NCBI GenBank assembly: GCA_965228735.1
Contig: OZ245838.1
Span: 6,880,001 to 6,944,000 of the forward strand
Origin: Planctomycetota bacterium
Lineage (GTDB): Bacteria; Planctomycetota; UBA1135; UBA2386
Reading direction: 5' to 3'
DNA: 64,000 nt
Part shown: piece by piece, positions 1 through 9,049 of the stretch
Position numbering within the stretch: the stretch's first letter is position 1
How the letters are laid out: every line of letters starts with the position of its first letter
Notes under the pieces: generated by a model
Seen by the model: the letters and a program-made list of their open reading frames with translations, nothing else
What the model was told of the DNA's origin: nothing
Database searches by the model: none
Translations under genes and position numbers: made by a program

Positions 1-923
1 TTCGGCCGCGTCAGCAGCAGTTCCGCGTTGCCGACGATCGTCGACAGGAGGTTGTTGAAGTCGTGTGCGATGCCGCCCGCGAGCAGGCCGAGTGCTTCGA
101 TCTTCTCCGTGCGTAGAACGCGTTGTTGCAGCAGGTCGCGTTCCACTGCGAGCCCGACCATCCTGGCGGCGATCTCGAGCCCGTCCATCTGTTGGCGCCG
201 GGGCTCGGCCGGAACTCGGCTGTACAGTGCCATCGCGCCGAGCACCCTGCCATCCGAGTCTGCGACCGGGTGTGACCAACAAGCGGATACCCCAGCGATC
301 GATGCGGCTGCGCGCAGCTCGGTCCACAGCGGGTCGTTCTGGATGTCCGCGACCACGACGGGCTCGTTCCAGAAGGCCGCCGTGCCGCAGGATCCGACCA
401 TTGGGCCGATCCTCAGACCCTCGACCGCGCGATTGTACTCGGCTGGCAAGCTCGGGCCGGCGCCGACGGTGATCCGCTCGCCGGTCTCGTCGACGAGAAC
501 GATCGAACAGAGCATCCCGGGGTTCTTGGATTCGACGATCTGCGCCATTGCAGCGAGCGTCTCGGCGATGCCCGAATTCGCCGTCTCGGCCGGGATCCGC
601 GGACTCGGCTCCATCAAGGGGGCCGACAGGCTCGGCCTGGTCCCGAGGATCACTCCGTGGCCCTCGTGTTGGCGGATCCGCCACTGCAGGCTGACCCACG
701 TGCCGTCGGCTGCGCGGTGACGAGCGATCGTAGGCGCTTCGTCGCGCCGCTCGATCGCGTCCTCCAGCTGCTGCCAGTCGTCGGGGTGGATCCACTCCAC
801 GAGTGGATTCAGCGCGAGTTCGCCGTCGGAGTAACCCGTCAGCTGGGCGAACGGGCCGTTGCAACGCACGGTGCCCACTCCGTCGAGTCGGCGCAGCACC
901 ATCGGGGCGTAGCAGCTATCCAT
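1..923 (-). CDS. PAS-GAF sensor histidine kinase, N-terminal part (runs off the window's left edge)
   Basis: Not in the ORF track (no stop in the window). Manual translation from ATG 923 gives PAS-like NGPFAQLTGYS...WIHPDD, GAF GSCGTAAF...ACWSHP and H-box GLLAGGIAHDFNNLL. Confidence 0.85.
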   Translation of the reverse strand, partial: MDSCYAPMVLRRLDGVGTVRCNGPFAQLTGYSDGELALNPLVEWIHPDDWQQLEDAIERRDEAPTIARHRAADGTWVSLQWRIRQHEGHGVILGTRPSLSAPLMEPSPRIPAETANSGIAETLAAMAQIVESKNPGMLCSIVLVDETGERITVGAGPSLPAEYNRAVEGLRIGPMVGSCGTAAFWNEPVVVADIQNDPLWTELRAAASIAGVSACWSHPVADSDGRVLGAMALYSRVPAEPRRQQMDGLEIAARMVGLAVERDLLQQRVLRTEKIEALGLLAGGIAHDFNNLLSTIVGNAELLLTRP

Positions 924-1164
924 GGCAGAGGTGAGATGAGCGAGTTCCCCAAGTGTCGAGAATGGGAGAACCGAGCGCAAGCGGGTGCCCTCCGCGATGG
1001 GCCCGTGCGGGCGGCGAGCGGGGCGCAGGACGAGTCAGCGCGCAACGCAGGGACTGGGTCGCGTTCCTCGGCATCTCGGGTCGCATTGCTTGGCAGTGCA
1101 AAGCAATGGCAGCCGGATTGCCCACCAAACATGTCGTGCTACACGACTGCGCCGCTCGCGGCGG

Positions 1165-1227
1165 ACCTGCCGAGGCACCACTGCCGCGCACGTCGACCTT
1201 CACGAGCACGTAGCCGTTGGCAAGAAC
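1165..1227 (-). pseudogene. Remnant of a CocE/NonD (S15)-like hydrolase gene
   Basis: Isolated motif VLANGYVLVKVDVRGSGASAG in an intergenic gap, with no coherent ORF around it. Confidence 0.4.
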
Positions 1228-1292
1228 AGATCGACGCGTCGAACGTGCCCATGCTCGTGTTCGCGAGTTGGTTGAACGCGGGCGCTGACACC

Positions 1293-4200
1293 CTACTTCC
1301 CCTTCCACGCGTCGCGCAGCTTCGCCGCGGCTTCGGTTCGGCCGGCGGCTTCGTGAACCCGGATCTCCTCCCAGTTGGCGACGTGAAGCCACGCTCCGCC
1401 CTCGCGGATCTGCGCGGCAGCAGCGCGGATCTCCTCGAGGACGGCGGTCGCGGTGTCGTACTCGGTGGCGTCGATGTGGGCGTGGGCGGCCTCGACCTTG
1501 TGGACCAGTGCGAGGTTGGTGCTGCGCGACGCGGTCGACGCGGTCGGGATCTCGGTCTCGAGAACGTTGCGAGCATCGGTGAACCGGCCGAGCCGCACGT
1601 AGACCAGCGCGACGCGGATCGCGGCGGACAGTCGCCACGCTTCGCCGTGCGGCTTCGTGCGCTGTCGGATGCGCAGCGTGGCCTCGGCGTCGGGGAGGAC
1701 TCTGGCCAGGGGGTGGTGCATGGTGTCGCGCATCAAGGCCCGCATCTCGTACGCCCACGCGGCCATCGCGTGGCCGTCGGGGCGCAATCGTTCGTAGATC
1801 GCGAGCGAGTTCGTGGCGGCCTTCTCCGCGGCCTCCAGTTCGCTCAGCGCGTAGTGGGCCCAGCTCACGTGGTAGAACGCGCGCCCGATGTACTCGTGGA
1901 ACGGCTGCACCGTCTCGAGCATCTCGATCGCGGCCTTCGCCTGCTCGAGGGCGAGTTTCGGCTGTCTCTGAAAGTTGCGCAGCACCGCGAACCACAGCAG
2001 GGACGTGCCGTGTTCGAACGTGGCGGCGGGGTTCGCCTCGACGAGCTTCTGCGCCGCGAGCAGGCGTTGTTCGGCGCTGCCGGTGTTGCCGGCCTGCATC
2101 TCGAACCACGCCAGAGCCTGGAGGCGGCGCGCTTGAAAGCTCCGTTCTTTCCAGTTCTCGAGCGGTGCGTCGGTCGTGGCTTCGATGAGCAGCTCCTGTG
2201 CCGCCGCGCTGTCACCGAGTCGGCCGACGCAATCGCCGAGGTTGCCCAGGACGATGCGGGTGTACGTGTGATCCGCGGGCAGCCGCCGTCGGAAGATGCG
2301 CAGCGCTTCGCGAAAGTGCGACTCGGCCGCGCGGAGTTCGCCCGTCTGGAGCAGGGTCAACGCGAGATCGTTCGCCGTCCAGCCGACCTGCATGTGGTCG
2401 GGGCCCACGCGTTGCTTGAACGCGTCGAGCGCCAGTTCGAGTTGCTCGCGGGCGGCGTCGATCTCGCCCGCGAAGTTCAGTGTGCTCGCGTACGTGCGCC
2501 TGGCCTGCGACGTCAACGGGTGGTCCCGCGACAGCAGGCGGGTGGCCTCGTCCACGGCACTTGCCGCCATCGCGACCGCGTCATCGCGTCGATGCGCGCC
2601 GCGCAACGCCTCGGCGAGGTTCGACCGGGCGACGACGATCTTCGGGTGGCCCTCGGGGAACGACGAAGCGAGCCCTTCGAGCTGTTCGCGGAACGCGGCT
2701 TCGGCCGCGGCGCCCTCGCCCTGACTCGTCAGCGTGCTGCCGAGCGAGGCCAGGGCATTGTGCACGATCCTGACCGAGGCGGAGTCGCTGCGCGGCCTGG
2801 CGACTTCGAGTACCTGCTCGAGGATGGCGCGCGCCTCGTCGTGCCGTTCGACCGAGTTCAGCGCGTTGGCGCGTTCGAGCTGGCAGTTGAGGATCACGGT
2901 GTGGTCCGGCGGAAACCGTCGACGCGCGCGTTCGAGCGCGTCGTCGGCGGCGGCGATCGCCTCGCCGTAGCGGGTCTGCGCGAGCAGAGCACCGGAGTAG
3001 CTGCCGCGGATCGTGATCGATCGCGCATCGTCGGGCAGCGAGTCGAGGATCCCGACCGCCTCGGTCAAGAGCGCGACCGCATCCTCGTACTCGCCGAGCC
3101 AGAAGTGGACCCGGCCGAGCCGGCCGAGCATGCGCGCGCGGATCTCGGGCTGCTCGGTCAGCTCGGTGCGAATCAGCTCCCTGGCCTGCTCCAGGACGAG
3201 CGCGACCGACGCGTCCTTGTCGAGCGTCGTCTCGGGGCTCGCGTACTGCACGAGCCGCTCGAGAACCTCCGAGACCCGCAACGTGTCCTTCGCGTTGCGC
3301 TCGGCCTGGTCGCGCGCGTCGTTCGCCTCGAGCAGGAGAACGAGCGACGTCGCGCCGCCCACGATGATGGTCAACAGGATCGCGGCCGCTGCCATGACCT
3401 GGAGGCGGTAGCGGCGCACGAACTTCCGCATGCGATAGGTCGCACTCGGGGGGCTCGCCGTGACGGCTTCATCATCGAGGAATCGTTGCAGGTCGCGTGA
3501 CAGCTCGGCGGCCGATTCGTAGCGCTCATCGGGATCCTTCGCGAGCGCGCGTAGAACGATCCAGTCGAGGTCGCCGCGCAGCGCCCGCGCCAGCGGCTCG
3601 TCGCAGCGACTGCTCGGTCGCGGTGGTTCGTCCTCACGAATGATGCGCTGGATCTCCGTGAGCGACAGCTGGCGCAGTTCTTTGCTGTCGAACGGCAGCG
3701 TGCCGCTGAGCAGTTCGTAGAGCACGACGCCGAGCGAGTAGACGTCGGTGCGAGTATCGATCGCGTCGCGTCGCCCCGCGGCCTGCTCGGGTGACATGTA
3801 CTCGGGCGTGCCGACGAGCACGCCTTGCTCGGTGTAGATCGAATGGTCGACGAGCTCCTGTTCGGTGGCGCGCGCGAGGCCGAAGTCGATGATCTTGACA
3901 CGGTCGCGCGTGCCGTCGCGACTGCCGAGCAGGTTCGCCGGCTTGAGGTCGCGGTGCAGCACGCCCTTCTGATGCGCGTGCTGCACGCCGTCGCAGACCT
4001 GCTGGAAGAGTCGGATCCGTTCTTCGATCGACAGCTCGTGGGCCTCGCAGAACCGCACGAGCGGCTGCCCCGACACCAGCTCCATGGCGAAGTACGACTG
4101 CCCGGTCTCGGCGACGCCGGCGTCGAACACCCTGGCGATCGCCGGGTGGTCCATCATCGCCAGCGTCTGGCGTTCCAACGCGAAGCGCGCGAGGATCGTA

Positions 4201-4559
4201 TCGCTGTCCATGCCGCGCTTGATGAGCTTGAGCGCGACCTCGCGACGCACCGGCGTCTGCTGTTCGGCGCGGTAGACGATGCCCATACCGCCAGCGCCGA
4301 GCGTCTCGAGAATGCGGTACGGCCCGATCGTCTCCGGAGCGGGTGTCGAAGTAGCGGCGCCCAGTTCGAGCGATACCGACAGTTCGTAGGCCTTGCGCAG
4401 CTGGGTGGCGTGCTCGGGGTGCTTCGCGCATGCTGCCGCCAGAGCGTTCGGTTGCGCTTTGGCCGGCAGGTCGAGCAGGCCGTCGAGGATGTCGGCGAGC
4501 ATCTCCTCGACCGGATCCGAAGGTTCGGACGGCGCAGGCGAGTCGGACTCGGAGGCCAT
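1293..4559 (-). CDS. Hanks-type Ser/Thr protein kinase with TM helix and TPR repeats
   Basis: Motifs LGAGGMGIVY, VALKLIK, HRDLKPAN, IIDFGLA, GTPEYMSPEQ, DVYSLG; one hydrophobic helix; TPR_12-like repeats. Confidence 0.95.
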   Translation of the reverse strand: MASESDSPAPSEPSDPVEEMLADILDGLLDLPAKAQPNALAAACAKHPEHATQLRKAYELSVSLELGAATSTPAPETIGPYRILETLGAGGMGIVYRAEQQTPVRREVALKLIKRGMDSDTILARFALERQTLAMMDHPAIARVFDAGVAETGQSYFAMELVSGQPLVRFCEAHELSIEERIRLFQQVCDGVQHAHQKGVLHRDLKPANLLGSRDGTRDRVKIIDFGLARATEQELVDHSIYTEQGVLVGTPEYMSPEQAAGRRDAIDTRTDVYSLGVVLYELLSGTLPFDSKELRQLSLTEIQRIIREDEPPRPSSRCDEPLARALRGDLDWIVLRALAKDPDERYESAAELSRDLQRFLDDEAVTASPPSATYRMRKFVRRYRLQVMAAAAILLTIIVGGATSLVLLLEANDARDQAERNAKDTLRVSEVLERLVQYASPETTLDKDASVALVLEQARELIRTELTEQPEIRARMLGRLGRVHFWLGEYEDAVALLTEAVGILDSLPDDARSITIRGSYSGALLAQTRYGEAIAAADDALERARRRFPPDHTVILNCQLERANALNSVERHDEARAILEQVLEVARPRSDSASVRIVHNALASLGSTLTSQGEGAAAEAAFREQLEGLASSFPEGHPKIVVARSNLAEALRGAHRRDDAVAMAASAVDEATRLLSRDHPLTSQARRTYASTLNFAGEIDAAREQLELALDAFKQRVGPDHMQVGWTANDLALTLLQTGELRAAESHFREALRIFRRRLPADHTYTRIVLGNLGDCVGRLGDSAAAQELLIEATTDAPLENWKERSFQARRLQALAWFEMQAGNTGSAEQRLLAAQKLVEANPAATFEHGTSLLWFAVLRNFQRQPKLALEQAKAAIEMLETVQPFHEYIGRAFYHVSWAHYALSELEAAEKAATNSLAIYERLRPDGHAMAAWAYEMRALMRDTMHHPLARVLPDAEATLRIRQRTKPHGEAWRLSAAIRVALVYVRLGRFTDARNVLETEIPTASTASRSTNLALVHKVEAAHAHIDATEYDTATAVLEEIRAAAAQIREGGAWLHVANWEEIRVHEAAGRTEAAAKLRDAWKGK

Positions 4560-4623
4560 GGCCCCACGGTATCCGGAACGGTGCCGGCAAGCCCGACGAT
4601 CGCCGCCTGGGGCTCGACGCCCT

Positions 4624-5664
4624 TCAGCTTTGGCTCGACGCCTTGGTCGCCAGCGCGCTCCGCAATCGCTGCTGGAAACCCTGCGAGATGCCGTCTCGCT
4701 CCAGGTCGTCCTGGAATTGGGTCTGGTCCACGCCCTGCTCGGCGAGGACGACGTAGTCCGGGCGGTCGGCTGCCGATTCGTGGATGAACTGCGCCACGAT
4801 GTAGCCCTTCGACACGACGAACGCGCCGGGCATCTGGGCCGCGTCGCCGCGCAACCAGCCGATGCCGTGCCCTCGTTTCACGCCGGCGTCCCACCCGCGC
4901 TTCCAGACGGACCAGCCGAGGAGTTGCGCGGGGCTGCCGCGTCGCAGCGCGAACGCGCGATAGAGCACGCGGTCCGGGTCGCTGACCGCGGTGACGTCCT
5001 GCAAGCCATATTTGCCGAACATGACGCGGGCCTCGTTCTTCGACGACATGTGCACCAGCACGAGGCGCATGCCGGCGGCGCGCAGCCGGTCGTTGATCGC
5101 GGCCAGGTCGGAGAGCGCCTCCCGACAGAAGGTGCACCCGAAGTGCCGCAAGAAGACGACGAACTGCGGCTGGTCGCCCGAAGCCGTGAGCAGGTCGATG
5201 CCGTCCCGGTCCTCGTAAAGCGACAGGGCCATGTCGAGCGGCAGGACGGGGGGCGTCTGCTCGCTACGGTGGGCGCGGGCCGCGCCGCGCAGAATCAACC
5301 CGAACGGCACCCACCAGATCGGCCCGAGGGCGAGGACCAGCAGGCCGAACTCCCACGGGAGAAGCCCGCGAGCAGCAGCCCAGACGAACCCGCCCGTGAG
5401 GAGGATTTTCGCCACGAGGCCGACCAGCACGACTGGCCAGAGCCGCAGCGGGTGCCGCGCCGCGAACGCATACCCTAGGCCGTAAATAGCGAGGATCAAC
5501 CCCAGGCCCTGCTCGACCTCGGGGTAGCGCGGGACGTCCCGGCCGGCCCATGCGAACGGGGCCGACGGGGCGGCGGCGAGGAAGATGCCGCCGAGGACGT
5601 CGACGGCGGCCGCGAGCAGGAGCACGCGGGACATCCATTTTGGTGTGCGGCTGCCAGGCTGCAT
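4624..5664 (-). CDS. Membrane domain fused to an AhpC/TSA-like (peroxiredoxin-like) CxxC domain
   Basis: About 4 TM helices, then FLRHFGCTFCRE, SDPDRVLYRAF and QMPGAFV; ATG at 5664. Confidence 0.8.
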   Translation of the reverse strand: MQPGSRTPKWMSRVLLLAAAVDVLGGIFLAAAPSAPFAWAGRDVPRYPEVEQGLGLILAIYGLGYAFAARHPLRLWPVVLVGLVAKILLTGGFVWAAARGLLPWEFGLLVLALGPIWWVPFGLILRGAARAHRSEQTPPVLPLDMALSLYEDRDGIDLLTASGDQPQFVVFLRHFGCTFCREALSDLAAINDRLRAAGMRLVLVHMSSKNEARVMFGKYGLQDVTAVSDPDRVLYRAFALRRGSPAQLLGWSVWKRGWDAGVKRGHGIGWLRGDAAQMPGAFVVSKGYIVAQFIHESAADRPDYVVLAEQGVDQTQFQDDLERDGISQGFQQRLRSALATKASSQS

Positions 5665-5822
5665 GACCGCTTCTTTCGCCGCCGGGCGGCGCGCGGATGC
5701 GGCAGTTGCCGGGGAGGGGCAATGATGCTTGCCGGGATCATGCCGCCGCTGCCGGCGTCCGCGGCGCATCGCCCGTGGGCGGCCATTGCTCGGGCGCCGC
5801 ATCCGATTCCCGACCGCCGCGG

Positions 5823-6626
5823 TCAGCCCGCGATCCGGCGCAAGAACCGATCCATCGAGGCGTCCACGGCCGCGCGACCACCGCCGAGGATATCGCGACC
5901 CCAGGTGTAGCCGAACACGTCGTCGAACTCGATGTCGGCCAGGCGTTCGCGGATCGCGACGACGTCGCTCGTGAGCATCGGCACGAGGTTCGGGTAGCTG
6001 TACATGAACGACACGTGCCGGCGGTCGAGGCCGACCTGCAGAGCGTCGCCGGAGAAGAGAGCACCGCCCGGGCGCGGGCCGTCGCGCCAGTGCAGCACCG
6101 TGCTGCCGGGGAAGTGGCCGCCGCAGCGAATCAAGGTCACGTCCGCGAGCTCGAGCGTGTCACCGGACCAGAACTCGATCGCGGAGTGGGGGCGTTGCAC
6201 CCACTCGCGGTCCGCTTCGTGGAGCGTGATCGGCACGCCGCCGAACGCGTCGCTCCACTCTCCCATTGCGGAGTAGAAATGCGGATGGGAGATCGCAATG
6301 CGCTCGATCCCGCCACGCGCCCGGATGGCCTCGACCGCCTCGTCGGTGACGGCGCTCAGGCATTCCCAGAGGATGTTTCCGGTCGCAGTCGGGATCAGGA
6401 ACGCGCGCTGATCGATGGCGAACGACGGCGTCAGCCCGAGGGCCAGGATGCCGTGGTGGTCCTCGAGCCGCGCGCTGTGCTGCTCCAGCAGGGCGGCATG
6501 CGTGGTCCAACGTTGGCCGTTCCAGCCGACGTACTGGCGATCGTCCTCACAGATGGGGCAATGCGTCGGAGGCCGATCGGAGTCGGCGAACTGGGTGCCG
6601 CAGGTCTCGCACAGAAAGCGTGTCAT
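5823..6626 (-). CDS. MBL-fold metallo-hydrolase
   Basis: N-terminal CETC...CPICEDDRQY, ISHPHFY, GGHFPG, GDALQV; GGAG SD before ATG 6626. Confidence 0.9.
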   Translation of the reverse strand: MTRFLCETCGTQFADSDRPPTHCPICEDDRQYVGWNGQRWTTHAALLEQHSARLEDHHGILALGLTPSFAIDQRAFLIPTATGNILWECLSAVTDEAVEAIRARGGIERIAISHPHFYSAMGEWSDAFGGVPITLHEADREWVQRPHSAIEFWSGDTLELADVTLIRCGGHFPGSTVLHWRDGPRPGGALFSGDALQVGLDRRHVSFMYSYPNLVPMLTSDVVAIRERLADIEFDDVFGYTWGRDILGGGRAAVDASMDRFLRRIAG

Positions 6627-6685
6627 GGTATTGGTCTCCAAGTCGTCGTGGTTGATTGGTCGGTGGGTGGCTGTCGATGGCGGTG

Positions 6686-7183
6686 TCAGTTCGGATCGGG
6701 GTTCTCGAGAGTCGCGAGGAAGCGTTCGAGCAGCTTGTTCAGCCGGCGGAACTCGCTCTCGTCGAGGCCCGCGGTGAGCTTCGACTGCGTCGCGACGTGG
6801 TCCGTGACGGCGGTCTCGATCAGGTCGAATCCCGCGTTGGTCAGAGCGATCAGGAAACTGCGGCCGTCCCCTTCATTGGCGATGCGTTCGACGAGGCCGG
6901 CCTTGGCCAACTGGTCGATCCGGTTGGTCATGGTCCCGGACGTGACCATGGTGCTGGCCATCAGCGCGCCGGGCGTCATCTCGTACGGCTCGCCCGAGCG
7001 TCGCAGCGTCGCCAGGACGTCGAAGCTCGCGAGGTTGAGGCCGTGGGTGGCGAACGTCCGGTTCATCTCCTGCTGGAGGAGGTGGTGGATGCGTTTGACG
7101 CGACCGATCAGCCCCATCGGGGCGACGTCGAGGTCGGGTCGTTCGCGGTTCCATTGCTCCAGAATCCGGGCCACGTGATCCAT
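6686..7183 (-). CDS. MarR family regulator, UrtR/PecS/TamR-like
   Basis: DHVARILEQWNRERPDLD, FDVLATLRRSG, TSGTMTNRIDQL, DGRS. Confidence 0.9.
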   Translation of the reverse strand: MDHVARILEQWNRERPDLDVAPMGLIGRVKRIHHLLQQEMNRTFATHGLNLASFDVLATLRRSGEPYEMTPGALMASTMVTSGTMTNRIDQLAKAGLVERIANEGDGRSFLIALTNAGFDLIETAVTDHVATQSKLTAGLDESEFRRLNKLLERFLATLENPDPN

Positions 7184-7206
7184 GCCTGAAGGGTGGAGCA
7201 CAGGTC

Positions 7207-7240
7207 TCTTGAAGTCAAGATAAGTATCTCGAAATCAAGA
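7207..7240. promoter_or_regulatory. Tandem palindromic operator for the MarR/PecS-like regulator
   Basis: TCTTGA-AG-TCAAGA (7207-7220) and imperfect TCTCGA-AA-TCAAGA (7227-7240) in an AT-rich patch just upstream of the gene. Confidence 0.7.
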
Positions 7241-7297
7241 AATGTCGTGCTGCGCTGCGGTGCTGTGCGGCAGTCGGCCGGCGAACGGGCGGGCCAG

Positions 7298-7645
7298 TCA
7301 GTCTTCCACCGCAGACCGCAAGCGCGCGATGGCCTGGTCCCACTGCGACGACACCCGATCGAGGTAGTCGCGCGCGTCGACGATGGCCCTGGGCCGCATG
7401 GCGAAGCGGCTCTCGCGCCCGACGCGCTCGTTGTCCACGAGGCCGGCTTCGTTCAGCACCCGCAGGTGTTTCGTCACCGCCTGGCGCGTCAGGGCGAGAC
7501 CGTCGGTCAGCTCGGTGATCGAGTGCGGCTCGCCGTCGCTCAGGCGAGAGACCAGTTCGAGTCGCGTGACGTCCCCCAGGGCCGCGAAGACCGGGGCGGC
7601 CCTGGCCGGTGCGGTGCCGCGGCGTCGTGCCCTAGCTCGCGACAT
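7298..7645 (-). CDS. ArsR/SmtB family regulator
   Basis: VFAALGDVTRLEL...TRQAVTKHLRVLNEAGLV...GRE; overlaps the end of the SRPBCC gene. Confidence 0.92.
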   Translation of the reverse strand: MSRARARRRGTAPARAAPVFAALGDVTRLELVSRLSDGEPHSITELTDGLALTRQAVTKHLRVLNEAGLVDNERVGRESRFAMRPRAIVDARDYLDRVSSQWDQAIARLRSAVED

Positions 7646-8087
7646 GGGCCGCCACGTTCTCGGCCTGGATGTCCCAGCCCTGTCGGTTCGAACGCAGCAC
7701 CTCGAGCCGCTTCGACTCGGGGAACTGCAGGAAGCCGGACTCGGTGATCGTCAGGCGGGTGCCGGTCGTCGTCGGCTGCAGGCGGAACTCCACGACGACC
7801 TTCGCGTCGGCGTCGTACTCGGTATCCGGGTCGATCGCGCTCGGTGGCCACGAGAAGACGAACAGGTGCTCGTGCTCCATCCGCTCCGTGACCGACTCCC
7901 ACTGCATGTCTTCGTGGCCCGGGTAGGTGATCCTGCCGGTCGTCGTCTTGCCGACCTCGAACGGGCCGTCGAGCCGGACACGGAACCATTTCCCGAACTC
8001 CTCGTGGTCGGTCAGGGCGCGCCAGACCCGCGAGATGGGGGCTGCGAGGTCGACGGTCTTCTGAATGCGGTCCTGGTCGTTCGTCAT
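7632..8087 (-). CDS. SRPBCC (AHSA1-like) domain protein
   Basis: APISRVWRALTDHEEFGKWF, GTRLTITESGF, NRQGW. Confidence 0.92.
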   Translation of the reverse strand: MTNDQDRIQKTVDLAAPISRVWRALTDHEEFGKWFRVRLDGPFEVGKTTTGRITYPGHEDMQWESVTERMEHEHLFVFSWPPSAIDPDTEYDADAKVVVEFRLQPTTTGTRLTITESGFLQFPESKRLEVLRSNRQGWDIQAENVAAHVAS

Positions 8088-8090
8088 AGG

Positions 8091-8153
8091 GCAACCTTTT
8101 GGTTGCATGGCAGGGTATCGAGCGTTGTCCGAACATGCAACCCAGGGGTTGCA
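8091..8153. promoter_or_regulatory. Two GCAACC-N4-GGTTGC operators for the SRPBCC-ArsR operon
   Basis: Perfect palindromes at 8091-8106 and 8137-8152, directly upstream of the SRPBCC start. Confidence 0.75.
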
Positions 8154-8272
8154 AGATGCATGTGCGGACCCGTGAGGTGCGGCGCGTGCGAATTGGTCGT
8201 GCCGAGGACCGCGGGTGATGGCGGGGTCGGTCGGGTTCGCCCGGTGGCGGGAATTCTCGCAATATCCAAAAA

Positions 8273-8287
8273 CCGAATCGGATTCGG
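8273..8287. promoter_or_regulatory. Probable TetR operator
   Basis: Inverted repeat CCGAATC-G-GATTCGG immediately upstream of the TetR gene. Confidence 0.6.
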
Positions 8288-8293
8288 ATTATC

Positions 8294-9028
8294 GTGACCG
8301 CGATGGACGACACCACGGCATGGCTGCATGCCCCGAAGCAGGACCGCAGCCAGCAGACGACCGAGCGCATTCGCGCCGTGGCGCTGGCGGCGTTCGCGGA
8401 AGAACGGTTCGACACCGTGTCCGTCAGTGAGCTGGCCGAGCGGGCCGGGGTCTCGGTGGGGGGCTTCTATGCCCGCTTCAAGAACAAGGCGGCCCTGCTG
8501 CACGCGCTCGACGACTACGTGCTCGACGAGATGCTGCGCAGCGTTCGCCGGGTCATGGCCGCTGACCGGCTCGCGGGCGCGAGCCTCGCCGACGTGGTGG
8601 CGGCCTACGTGCGGATGATGGTCGGGTTCTTCGCCCGGCACCGGGGCGTGTCGCGGCAGATCGTGATCCGCGCGCGCACGAGCGACGACCCCGGGTTCCT
8701 CGAACGGATGCGGGCGTTCAACGCCGAGGCCCACGGTCTATTGGCTGCGCGACTGCGGGAGCGCAGCCGGGAGATCCGTTGTGACGACCCGGAGGCAGCG
8801 ATCCCGTTCGCGATCATGACGGTCTCCGCGACGGCCCGCGAAGCGGTTCTGTTCGGGGATCGGAAGATGAACCTCACGACGACGCGCGGGCGCGCCCTCG
8901 TCGAGTCCCTCGTCCGCGTGTTCCTGGCCTACCTCGGCGTCCGCGACGCGCTGCGTTGGACCGCGTCCGGCGCGGCGCGGCCCGCCGGCCGCAAGCCACG
9001 CTCGACGCGCCGATCCGGCCGCCGGTGA
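8294..9028 (+). CDS. TetR/AcrR family regulator
   Basis: PKQDRSQQT...VSELAERAGVSVGGFYARFKNKAALL. Confidence 0.92.
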   Translation: MTAMDDTTAWLHAPKQDRSQQTTERIRAVALAAFAEERFDTVSVSELAERAGVSVGGFYARFKNKAALLHALDDYVLDEMLRSVRRVMAADRLAGASLADVVAAYVRMMVGFFARHRGVSRQIVIRARTSDDPGFLERMRAFNAEAHGLLAARLRERSREIRCDDPEAAIPFAIMTVSATAREAVLFGDRKMNLTTTRGRALVESLVRVFLAYLGVRDALRWTASGAARPAGRKPRSTRRSGRR

Positions 9029-9049
9029 CGCGGCGCTCAGAGAACTCCC

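Noticed and set aside
657..3500. Long antisense/alternative-frame ORFs (e.g. 657-3500, 20357-23581, 33810-37061, 42854-46258)
   Set aside because: These are shadow ORFs of high-GC genes; the overlapping frame carries the recognisable motifs.
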